A stretch of 24,020 bases of DNA from a virus (lineage: Duplodnaviria; Caudoviricetes), in the IMG/VR virus record IMGVR_UViG_3300022923_000104, positions 1 to 24,020 of that record. One strand, 5' to 3'. The position numbers were made by a program, and so were the translations under genes. Within the stretch, counting starts at the first letter, position 1; each line of letters begins with the position of its first letter. The notes beneath the pieces are model-generated. The model saw only the letters and a list, made by a program, of their open reading frames with translations. It searched no databases and had not been told where the DNA came from. Below are positions 16,865 through 24,020 of the stretch, one piece after another.

Positions 16865-17644
16865 ATTAAATTCTCCTATGTCGAAGTTAGAGTTATCATC
16901 TAAATTAAATGCTACACTGTTTAAAATTACACTTCTTGGGTTGGCGGGCTTAGAGACCAAGCCTTTACCAGAGAAAGAGATATTTTTCAGCGCTCTGCCT
17001 ATCTTATATCCTTCGTACTCTCCATTCCCACCGTATGATCTAAGGTGTTTCGTAAGGAAGGCGGACTCTTCGTCTCTTGCTAAGATTTTTTTAACACCGT
17101 CTTCATTCGACAATGCATAATCAAATCCAGCAAATAAACATTCCATTGAAACATACCACTTTCCCTCTTCTATCTCGGAGATTATTTTCTCCATTCTTTC
17201 TCTATTTTCTTCACCAGTCCAACTATTGTAAAGAACAGCTTGAGTAATGATGTCAAAATCTTCAGGCATTTCAGAATCATCTGCAACGGCCTTTCCGTCT
17301 TTAGTTAAAACATAACTACCAGTAATATGTCCGATGATATCGTTTTCATCGTGCATAAAATTAAACTGTTTATCTTCTGGTGTATTTCTTGCTGCCCAAG
17401 TTGCCTCTGGCATGAACACGTCATCATTCTTATTCCAACCACAAGAAACCAGTACAGATTCTAAATAATATAGATCTATTTGATCTTTGTTTTCTGCAAC
17501 AATTTTCTGAGCGGCGTGTACAACATCAGCTTCAGTTACATTTGTTTTTACTGATGCCTCAGAGCAATATGCAACACTGGCGGTACTCTTAACGAGTTCG
17601 CCAATACCATCGTTTATTTCATGTTGATATATTTTTATTGTCAT
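16178..17644 (-). CDS. Prohead maturation protease fused to a coiled-coil scaffold
   Basis: N-terminal NKNDDVF, FNFMHDENDIIGH, WYVSMEC and FSGKGLVSKPANPRS motifs of phage prohead serine proteases. The C-terminal half is an E/K/A-rich coiled coil. SD GAGGTG. Confidence 0.8.
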   Translation of the reverse strand: MTIKIYQHEINDGIGELVKSTASVAYCSEASVKTNVTEADVVHAAQKIVAENKDQIDLYYLESVLVSCGWNKNDDVFMPEATWAARNTPEDKQFNFMHDENDIIGHITGSYVLTKDGKAVADDSEMPEDFDIITQAVLYNSWTGEENRERMEKIISEIEEGKWYVSMECLFAGFDYALSNEDGVKKILARDEESAFLTKHLRSYGGNGEYEGYKIGRALKNISFSGKGLVSKPANPRSVILNSVAFNLDDNSNFDIGEFNMSDNLLEKQLEEVRAELVTAKAENDAIKAKIEEAKDKEFASKVEAFEADIEAKDSSIAELEESIKSTQARVAELEDALAKSQQDLASAKEHVEEMKKKEKMEKRKAALVEAGFEAEDVEDALAAFDGLADEAFDSVVAMYGKKEKVKKDKEAEAGMPPEMKEAIEKKKKEKEAKADDEQAEAEATPELLEDLETSEATLIETVPGEDEIESTRASISDWLSKNVLSTK

Positions 17645-17660
17645 AGTTCACCTCTAAAGA

Positions 17661-17671
17661 TAATATACACA
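17661..17671 (-). promoter_or_regulatory. Putative phage late promoter motif TGTGTATATTA
   Basis: In the portal-protease intergenic region, downstream of an A/T tract and just upstream of the SD. Confidence 0.6.
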
Positions 17672-17701
17672 AAAAAATAATTTTTTTTATAAAAGCACCG
17701 A

Positions 17702-19717
17702 TTAACTACCCAGAGAGTACTCTATAAATGCGGAAATTGCACGTCTTTTGTAATCTTCTAAGTTCATCTTTTCTGGGTTAATATTTTGAGATTTTAAAGA
17801 ATTCCTCAAAGAATTTGGGGTGGCAACTTTACGATTTATACAATTTACTATTTCTTCTTCGCTACATTCACCTAAGAGTTTTATGTTAGATAGAATGTCT
17901 AGTTTTAGTTGTTCAATATCTTTCACTTCAGCTCTCGTTAACTGTCTCATGTTCTTTTTTCCCTGAGAAGATAAGTAAGCATTATTTATTAGCGCTGATA
18001 TTGTTTCATATTTTTCGTTAGCCCAAACAATTAATTCTGCAACACCCGGTTTTGATTTAGGGGTTTCAGTTCTTTTTTTTCTTGGGCCTTCGTCTATCTT
18101 GTTTTGCGGCCTTCCATTCGGATTTACTGGTTTTTGTGACTCTTTCTTGACTTGTATCTTTTCATTTATTTCGCCTTGTTTTTCAATTTTTTCCATATCT
18201 TTTTGGTGATTTGGATTATGAAACGGGCTAGCTTTTTCTGGAAGATTTTCTTTATTTCTATCCTTATCTTCTCTTTTTAGCCTCATTTTTTCAACCTGTG
18301 GAATTTCTTTAAATCTTTCTAGGATTGTCTCATGGGATATGATGTCCCTGTCTGCAAGTTGTATTAGTAAATTTTTCTCAGATGATTCATCAGAAAGGCT
18401 CATTTGATCATAAACAATGTATGGAGATTTCCTAAAGCCCATAGCTTTTCTGACAATCTCACATTCTTTTTCCCAGAAGGCTGTTAATTGATCTCTTCCG
18501 TACTGAAGTCTCTCCACTAACGTTTTAAGGGATATGAAGTTATTGGTGAATCCACCGCTTTGACCGGCAATCCCAGTTAGTGTTGGAGGAACACCGAGGC
18601 CAGCATATATACTATTAAGAACTGACTGGTATTTTTCAGAGCCTAAGAACTTATAAACTTGCGACTGACTTTCTGTGAATTTTAGCTCTGGACCCCAAAC
18701 CAAGTCCATAGTACCGCCCCCGACGTTACTCGCTAGAATGTCTCTTAATTTATTGATTGCAGATTTGTTTGGTAGTATTTTATAATCTAAATCACCCAAG
18801 GTCCATAGTCTTATATTAGAAATAGCACCATCTAATGCAGACATATCAGCGAGTCTCATCTTTTCTAGCATGATTATATCATCTAGAATCGCATAGATTA
18901 GAGGATTGGACCAGTTGTTCCAGTCGTCTTTTTTGTAAAACGAGACTGATAGCCTTTCTTTATCTAGGCTGATTTTTCTTTCGCCTTTTCTTATTTTTGA
19001 CTGAATATCTGGAGGTAGTGAGTTTAGAATCTTCTCCGATACATTTCCATCTTTAAAGTTGTCAAGAAAAGTATTTACTGAAACTTCTAGGTCTCTCTTG
19101 CCCAAGAAAAGATTAATGTTTCCATCTTTCGCTTCTATAGTTAAGGGATTAAAAAAAGTATACCTCCAAGGTATAACATTCTTTTCAAAGTTAGGCACCT
19201 CCACGGTAATCTCAGAACCCATAGACTTTATATACTTTGCTATATCTGGAGTAATATTAGCAAAACTTCTATATGCAATTACTTGGCCTGTTCTGTATAG
19301 TGTATTTAGAAATCTTTCTGACCTCTCTTTACCGTTAACTTTTTTAAACCATTGTTGGTAGAATTTTTCTACACTTTTGTTTTCATGTACTATACTTACA
19401 CCCTGACATCCAAAATCACCCATTAGATCAATGACATTGCGAACGATACCAACTTTATCGTAGGCATCCATGCACATTTTAATTATTCTCTTTTGTTTAG
19501 ATGGCGGTCGCTCTTCCGGTCTAAATGCATAGTAATCTCTAAAGCTATGTCCCGGACGGACGCTTCTACTGCTTTCTATGTCTTTGAATTCTCTGTAGTG
19601 ATTAGCTCTAGATACACCTGTGTAGTTTTCGCCAGCTTCAGCAAATTGAGCAAAAGCTTTTTCTTTACTAGAAGAGTCAGAGTCGCTCCAAGTTATAATA
19701 GATTTATCGTCTTTCAT
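17702..19717 (-). CDS. Portal protein
   Basis: 671 aa between terminase and protease. IVRNVIDLMGDF, ERFLNTLYRTGQV, KYQSVLNSIYAGLGVPPTL and LADRDIISHETILE motifs fit portal architecture. SD GGAG. Confidence 0.85.
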   Translation of the reverse strand: MKDDKSIITWSDSDSSSKEKAFAQFAEAGENYTGVSRANHYREFKDIESSRSVRPGHSFRDYYAFRPEERPPSKQKRIIKMCMDAYDKVGIVRNVIDLMGDFGCQGVSIVHENKSVEKFYQQWFKKVNGKERSERFLNTLYRTGQVIAYRSFANITPDIAKYIKSMGSEITVEVPNFEKNVIPWRYTFFNPLTIEAKDGNINLFLGKRDLEVSVNTFLDNFKDGNVSEKILNSLPPDIQSKIRKGERKISLDKERLSVSFYKKDDWNNWSNPLIYAILDDIIMLEKMRLADMSALDGAISNIRLWTLGDLDYKILPNKSAINKLRDILASNVGGGTMDLVWGPELKFTESQSQVYKFLGSEKYQSVLNSIYAGLGVPPTLTGIAGQSGGFTNNFISLKTLVERLQYGRDQLTAFWEKECEIVRKAMGFRKSPYIVYDQMSLSDESSEKNLLIQLADRDIISHETILERFKEIPQVEKMRLKREDKDRNKENLPEKASPFHNPNHQKDMEKIEKQGEINEKIQVKKESQKPVNPNGRPQNKIDEGPRKKRTETPKSKPGVAELIVWANEKYETISALINNAYLSSQGKKNMRQLTRAEVKDIEQLKLDILSNIKLLGECSEEEIVNCINRKVATPNSLRNSLKSQNINPEKMNLEDYKRRAISAFIEYSLGS

Positions 19718-19778
19718 GAAATCTCCAAGATAATAGTGATTACTATTGGTATATAATACAATTACAATTGCATTACTA

Positions 19779-19789
19779 TATTATACACA
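19779..19789 (-). promoter_or_regulatory. Putative phage late promoter motif TGTGTATAATA
   Basis: Immediately after the terminase stop, upstream of the portal gene; identical to 14565-14575. Confidence 0.65.
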
Positions 19790-19791
19790 AA

Positions 19792-21783
19792 TTAGTAGAT
19801 ATCTTTCATATTATCTGAAAACCATGCGGGACCATTGTATAATTTACTTGAGGGGTCTTTTTTCTTAGACTTTTCTGACATCGCAGCAAAGCCGCCGTAA
19901 AAAGTGTAGTCTTCTTTGTCGGGAGTTCTGGCGATTATTCTGGCTGCCATATTAGCCATAATTAACGCAGAGTAACGGTCTTTTCTCATCTTAGATTTCT
20001 TACCAGCTGCAACTATAACTTCTGGGGTATCCCACCTGTCTCTACCACTAGCAGTCTGAGTCATCTGTATCATAGATAATTCATCTTTTAATTCTTCAAT
20101 GTCTAGAACGCAGTCTTCAAGGGTGTCAAACATTCTGCCTTTCATTTCGTCTTGTATGCTAGACATACTTACAGATATAGAATCGAACATCGGAAATAGA
20201 ATTACTTTGTCTTCAAAGTCTTTTCTTAGCCCGTGATTTGCTTCTGCTAACCAATCGTATTTAGCAAATTGGCACATTTCTAGTATGTGTAAACCTCTTT
20301 GATCATCTGTGTCTTGGGGTTTATCTTCATCTATAACAGGCCATATAGCTATTTCGTCTTCTTTTATTTTGTCTTTGTCGTGCAATGACTCCATAACTGC
20401 TATACCTCCACCCTGAGCATCCATAGCAATATGTACACAAGGAAAGAGTTTCATTAAGTCTCTAATCTTTCTAGCGCAATATGCATAAAAATCAGTCTCT
20501 GTTGAATATCCTCTTTTTACTTTTTCTTTATGTTCAGATCTATTGGTAGTCCAACAGTATACAATTTTTCTATGATCGTCATTTAATTCTAAGACAATAA
20601 TACTAAAGTTGTCAACCTCCGATGCGGGGTCAACACCAAATACGTATCTCTTATTTTTATCACCAATTAATTTTGCTTCAAAAATAATATCATTACCTTT
20701 AGAGTCTTTTATAGTTTCTTTATCGTCTACTACACATGACTCTATTAATGACCTCTTAAAGAAGCCCTCTGAGTCGCGTGTAAACACGGCACCGAACTCC
20801 ATTTGGTAAATACCGGCGTGAACAGTCGCCTTCGATCTAGCGACCTGTGCGGAGTCCATAAAGCCATCTGGTAATAATTCATAGGGTATTCTCATTATAG
20901 AGTACTCAGTCCAGTCAAAATTTTCTGGAACGTCATCTCCACCGAAGACTTCTCTAAGCTTATTGTGATCTCCGCCACTTTTTATAATAGATTTCCACCT
21001 TTTCCAGTATGCTGCAAAGTGATTAAAGTCGTAGTATGCAGTTCCACTGAGGATAATTTGGTTGTCTTTATCTTCTACCTTATTTTCATCCTTGTCTTCT
21101 AGTTCTATTCCAAGCTCTCTCGCCTTCTTCTCTCTAGCAAGTCGTTTTACATTCTCGATGGGGTCTGAACTAACAGCGGCAAAACCAGCGACAACGGTCT
21201 CGAATATGTCTCGCGGAATAGATGCAAATTCGTCAGATATAATATCGTTGGCTCGTTGACCTCTAATCTTCTGGCCGTCACCAAGTGGTAGACAAGTAAC
21301 CCTACTATCATTAATCCGCATGACACAACGATCCACGTCTCGTCTAGGGCCAGAATTACCATCGCACAAATCTCTTAAAATTGGAGAATTGTTCCATATA
21401 GTTTCCATGTATTCAAACAGAACCTTGGATTGTCTAAATGCAGCGCCGACGACAACCACTTTTCGTTTAGGTAGAAGTAATGCCCGTAGCATTGAATATA
21501 AAGAAAGCATGAATGACTTACCAAATCCACGACTCGCTATAAGCATTGGAAACTTTCTATTCCATAGCTCATGTAGTATAAGAGCTTGGGATGGTAATAA
21601 TTGTATATTGAATATATGCTTGACAAGAAAAGAGAAATATTCTGGACGTGTCATTAGCCACGTTAACTTTAAGTGGTAGTCATCTTCTGATGAGTTTAGT
21701 ATATCCATAGGGTTAATAATAGTCTTTTCATCAACATCTATTTTTAACCAAGCTTCATCTATTTGTTTTAGTTTTTTAGTCAT
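19792..21783 (-). CDS. terL: Terminase large subunit
   Basis: Q motif LLPSQ, Walker A ASRGFGKS, RGQRAN plus Walker B IISDE, coupling motif LSGTA, RNase H-like FGVDPA and C-terminal KDRYSALIMA. Confidence 0.93.
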   Translation of the reverse strand: MTKKLKQIDEAWLKIDVDEKTIINPMDILNSSEDDYHLKLTWLMTRPEYFSFLVKHIFNIQLLPSQALILHELWNRKFPMLIASRGFGKSFMLSLYSMLRALLLPKRKVVVVGAAFRQSKVLFEYMETIWNNSPILRDLCDGNSGPRRDVDRCVMRINDSRVTCLPLGDGQKIRGQRANDIISDEFASIPRDIFETVVAGFAAVSSDPIENVKRLAREKKARELGIELEDKDENKVEDKDNQIILSGTAYYDFNHFAAYWKRWKSIIKSGGDHNKLREVFGGDDVPENFDWTEYSIMRIPYELLPDGFMDSAQVARSKATVHAGIYQMEFGAVFTRDSEGFFKRSLIESCVVDDKETIKDSKGNDIIFEAKLIGDKNKRYVFGVDPASEVDNFSIIVLELNDDHRKIVYCWTTNRSEHKEKVKRGYSTETDFYAYCARKIRDLMKLFPCVHIAMDAQGGGIAVMESLHDKDKIKEDEIAIWPVIDEDKPQDTDDQRGLHILEMCQFAKYDWLAEANHGLRKDFEDKVILFPMFDSISVSMSSIQDEMKGRMFDTLEDCVLDIEELKDELSMIQMTQTASGRDRWDTPEVIVAAGKKSKMRKDRYSALIMANMAARIIARTPDKEDYTFYGGFAAMSEKSKKKDPSSKLYNGPAWFSDNMKDIY

Positions 21784-22394
21784 TTATACAATCCGTCCAC
21801 AAACCCATAATATACTGCTTCTTCAGCACTCATATACCAGTCTCCGTCTTTCATTTTTCTTTTTATAAAGGATTTTGTCTTAGATAAGTTATATTCTCTT
21901 TCTTTAAAATAATCTCCGTATTTATGGCATTTCTCCGCGTATATAGAAACCATAGTTTCTGCATTTTTCTTATCTACTATTGAATAGTTCTGTGCGCTAA
22001 GATAGTCTCCGGTCAAGTCGCTAGACCCATAGTGACACATGAATACGGAATTAGGGGTTAGTAGTCTCTTGTTTGCAGACTGTATTATGATAGACCCCAT
22101 AGAGCATAGTTGAGAATATCCTATCATCGTGGTTTTACATTTACAGTTATTGATTGCGTCGTAAATACCCATGCCAGCATACCAACAACCACCCACTGTT
22201 TGTAGATAGATTGTTATGGGTTCTTTGCTTATATTTTTTAGAAAGTTTATATTTTTATAAAAATTCTGTAACATGCGGTGTTCTACACCAGCGCTTTCTC
22301 CTGAGTCGTCAAATTCATTTATATAAATCTCCCTATTCTTTACATCAATTCCATATGAATGAATCTCAGATATAACATCTCTGTTAATAGTCAT
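21780..22394 (-). CDS. clpP: ClpP-family (S14) serine protease
   Basis: REIYI, ITIYLQTVGG..YAGMGIYDAI, catalytic Ser in CSMGSII, His in FMCH, Asp in DWYMSAEEAVYYGFVD. Confidence 0.88.
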   Translation of the reverse strand: MTINRDVISEIHSYGIDVKNREIYINEFDDSGESAGVEHRMLQNFYKNINFLKNISKEPITIYLQTVGGCWYAGMGIYDAINNCKCKTTMIGYSQLCSMGSIIIQSANKRLLTPNSVFMCHYGSSDLTGDYLSAQNYSIVDKKNAETMVSIYAEKCHKYGDYFKEREYNLSKTKSFIKRKMKDGDWYMSAEEAVYYGFVDGLYK

Positions 22395-22894
22395 GATTTT
22401 CGCCCTATAGTGTATTTTTCATTGATTCTTTTTAACAAACTGCTGGTTAAATGAAATGCTCCAGACTCTGAACCTGCAAATATAACATGTACGTCGTTAA
22501 ATACAGCAAACTCCATTAAGCATCTTAGAATGTACTTTCCGGTTATTTTAACTTTACTCTTCAAGGCTTGAGGGATTTTAGCGCCCTCTGGAAATTTTAA
22601 CACATCTTCCATAGAGAATTCACAAACAATGTATTTATGTTCATATTCTCTCATTCTTTCTACTTCATTATAAAAGGCGTATTTGCCCTTTCCTAGATTT
22701 AATGCTATTTCTGAAACACTAGCCTTTCTTTCTATGCAGACCTTATCTTCCATTCCCAGTATAGAGTAGTCGCCTGTGTCAAGCTTCTTTTGTACTGTAC
22801 CATTACATGTATTGAACTTTTTAAAAAAATAACCTTGCTGCTCCCTAGTGTCTCTAACGACAGTATAAGGTGGGGTTTTTATATATTTATCCAT
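22391..22894 (-). CDS. ERCC4/XPF-domain nuclease
   Basis: VVRDTREQ, LDTGDYS and CIERKA (GDxxxERK signature). Confidence 0.85.
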   Translation of the reverse strand: MDKYIKTPPYTVVRDTREQQGYFFKKFNTCNGTVQKKLDTGDYSILGMEDKVCIERKASVSEIALNLGKGKYAFYNEVERMREYEHKYIVCEFSMEDVLKFPEGAKIPQALKSKVKITGKYILRCLMEFAVFNDVHVIFAGSESGAFHLTSSLLKRINEKYTIGRKS

Positions 22895-23153
22895 TGTTTT
22901 TTCTCACTATACTTTGAAATAGACCTTGATAATGGTGTTCGTGGCCGGTTACTTTCTGATGGCAATATTTACACAGCGTTATTCCATTGTCAACTTCATA
23001 TCTTAGTGTAGATGCATTAGCCCATTTTTGTATGTGATGAGCATTTAGGGGTCTTGTTCTAGAGCATCCCGGCATCTGACACTTAAACTTATCCCTTTTA
23101 TATATATGAATTCTCCATCTTCTATATGTTTCATCGTCGTAGTTTCTTCTCAT
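22887..23153 (-). CDS. HNH endonuclease
   Basis: WR..IYKRDKFKCQMPGC, LNAHHI and NGITLCKYCHQKV. Confidence 0.88.
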   Translation of the reverse strand: MRRNYDDETYRRWRIHIYKRDKFKCQMPGCSRTRPLNAHHIQKWANASTLRYEVDNGITLCKYCHQKVTGHEHHYQGLFQSIVRKNNG

Positions 23154-23401
23154 CTAGGACACTCCACCTTAATTATTCTAACGTCGTACATTATTTCTTT
23201 TACAAAGTTTATATTTTCTATTGAATGATCTTTTTTAAGGAGTATGTTTGTTAACCTATGAGTTGCATAGTAGCACGCTCCATCTGGATCTCTTGCTTCT
23301 ATGAAAACTATAGGTTGTGATGAATTATATTCCTCTAGTGAGAACTTTTTAAGTCTGGCTATTACAGCAATCATGCATACATGAACTTTGTAAATTTTCA
23401 T
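23150..23401 (-). CDS. Hypothetical protein (83 aa)
   Basis: Fills the gap with ATGA overlaps to both neighbours; no recognised motif. Confidence 0.65.
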   Translation of the reverse strand: MKIYKVHVCMIAVIARLKKFSLEEYNSSQPIVFIEARDPDGACYYATHRLTNILLKKDHSIENINFVKEIMYDVRIIKVECPR

Positions 23402-24020
23402 TGTATGTCATGTTGTACCATCATTTTGACCAAATCTCTGAATGAGTGCTTTGGAGTCCAACCTAGTTTTTCATTGGCTTTAGTGCAATCCCCTCGTAGG
23501 TAATCTACCTCTGCTGGTCTGTAGAATTCTGGGTCTTGTACAACTAGATCAGACCAGTCTTCAATACCTATCTCCCTAAACGCCACATCTAAGAATTCTC
23601 TAATGGTATGTGTGCGACCGGTACATATCACATAATCATCGGGACAGTCTTGCTGTAGCATCATCCACATCGCTTCACAATAGTCTCCTGCATATCCCCA
23701 ATCTCTGAAGGCATCTAGATTACCTAAACGTAACTGAGGAAAGTCTGCTCTTTTACCACTTTTTACAAATTCTCCGATCCATTTTGTAATCTTTCTCGTT
23801 ACAAATTTTTCTCCTCTACGTGGTCCTTCGTGATTAAACAGTATACCGGCGCTAGCATGTAGTCCATACCCTTCTCTATACAATCTAGTCATATAGTGAG
23901 CGGCACATTTAGCAATAGCATATGGGCTTTGAGGTAGGAATTTAGTGTCTTCGTTCTGGTATTTGCTTTCAGATGTCATACCAACCTCTATGTCATAGTT
24001 GCTACCAAACATCTCACTAC
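23398..24020 (-). CDS. gmd: GDP-mannose 4,6-dehydratase (5'-truncated by the window edge)
   Basis: The frame continues upstream of the track's Met as (S)SEMFG. Motifs PQSPYAIAK (YxxxK), GILFNHEGPRRGEKFVTRKIT, LGNLDAFRDWGYAGDY and FYRPAEVDYLRGD. Confidence 0.95.
   Translation of the reverse strand, partial: SEMFGSNYDIEVGMTSESKYQNEDTKFLPQSPYAIAKCAAHYMTRLYREGYGLHASAGILFNHEGPRRGEKFVTRKITKWIGEFVKSGKRADFPQLRLGNLDAFRDWGYAGDYCEAMWMMLQQDCPDDYVICTGRTHTIREFLDVAFREIGIEDWSDLVVQDPEFYRPAEVDYLRGDCTKANEKLGWTPKHSFRDLVKMMVQHDIQ

Noticed and set aside
7841-21362. Short alternative-frame - strand ORFs (7841-8029, 10303-10491, 21147-21362)
   Set aside because: Fully nested in long genes, with no recognisable protein features.
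19792-21783. Intein or intron in the terminase
   Set aside because: ATPase and nuclease motifs are contiguous with normal spacing and no Hint motifs are present.
2209-23011. All + strand ORFs in the track (e.g. 14918-15340, 16230-16622, 16671-17120, 9864-10178, 21320-21679)
   Set aside because: They lie antisense to well-supported - strand genes, show no recognisable motifs, and look like shadow ORFs.
1-24020. Alternative genetic code / stop-codon reassignment
   Set aside because: Code 11 gives dense, unbroken genes, and TAA, TAG and TGA all end genes at sensible, often coupled, junctions.

Overview
The window is a compact, single-orientation (all genes on the - strand) DNA-packaging and virion-structure region of an uncultured, large tailed dsDNA phage. 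Reading right to left: a 5'-truncated GDP-mannose 4,6-dehydratase, a small hypothetical gene, an HNH endonuclease, an ERCC4-type nuclease, a ClpP-family protease, terminase large subunit, portal, prohead protease with a probable nested scaffold, head decoration protein, major capsid protein and an intrinsic terminator. An appendage/fibre module follows: a 164-aa virion protein, a 1982-aa repeat fibre, a Cys-rich protein interrupted by a 141-aa Hint/mini-intein, a GT2-like glycosyltransferase, a 1359-aa repeat fibre, and a 3'-truncated BspA/DUF285-like LRR protein that is missing from the ORF track. Main signals: (1) strong, directional Ser-Gly enrichment confined to the fibre/appendage proteins and spaced in coiled-coil register, next to a glycosyltransferase and Gmd, which suggests a phage-encoded virion glycosylation system with an SG sequon; (2) a canonical-looking mini-intein inside a Cys-rich virion-module protein; (3) a recurring TGTGTATA(A/T)TA promoter-like motif; (4) a nested scaffold start. 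All calls come from motif recognition by eye and all counts are manual; no database searches were run.
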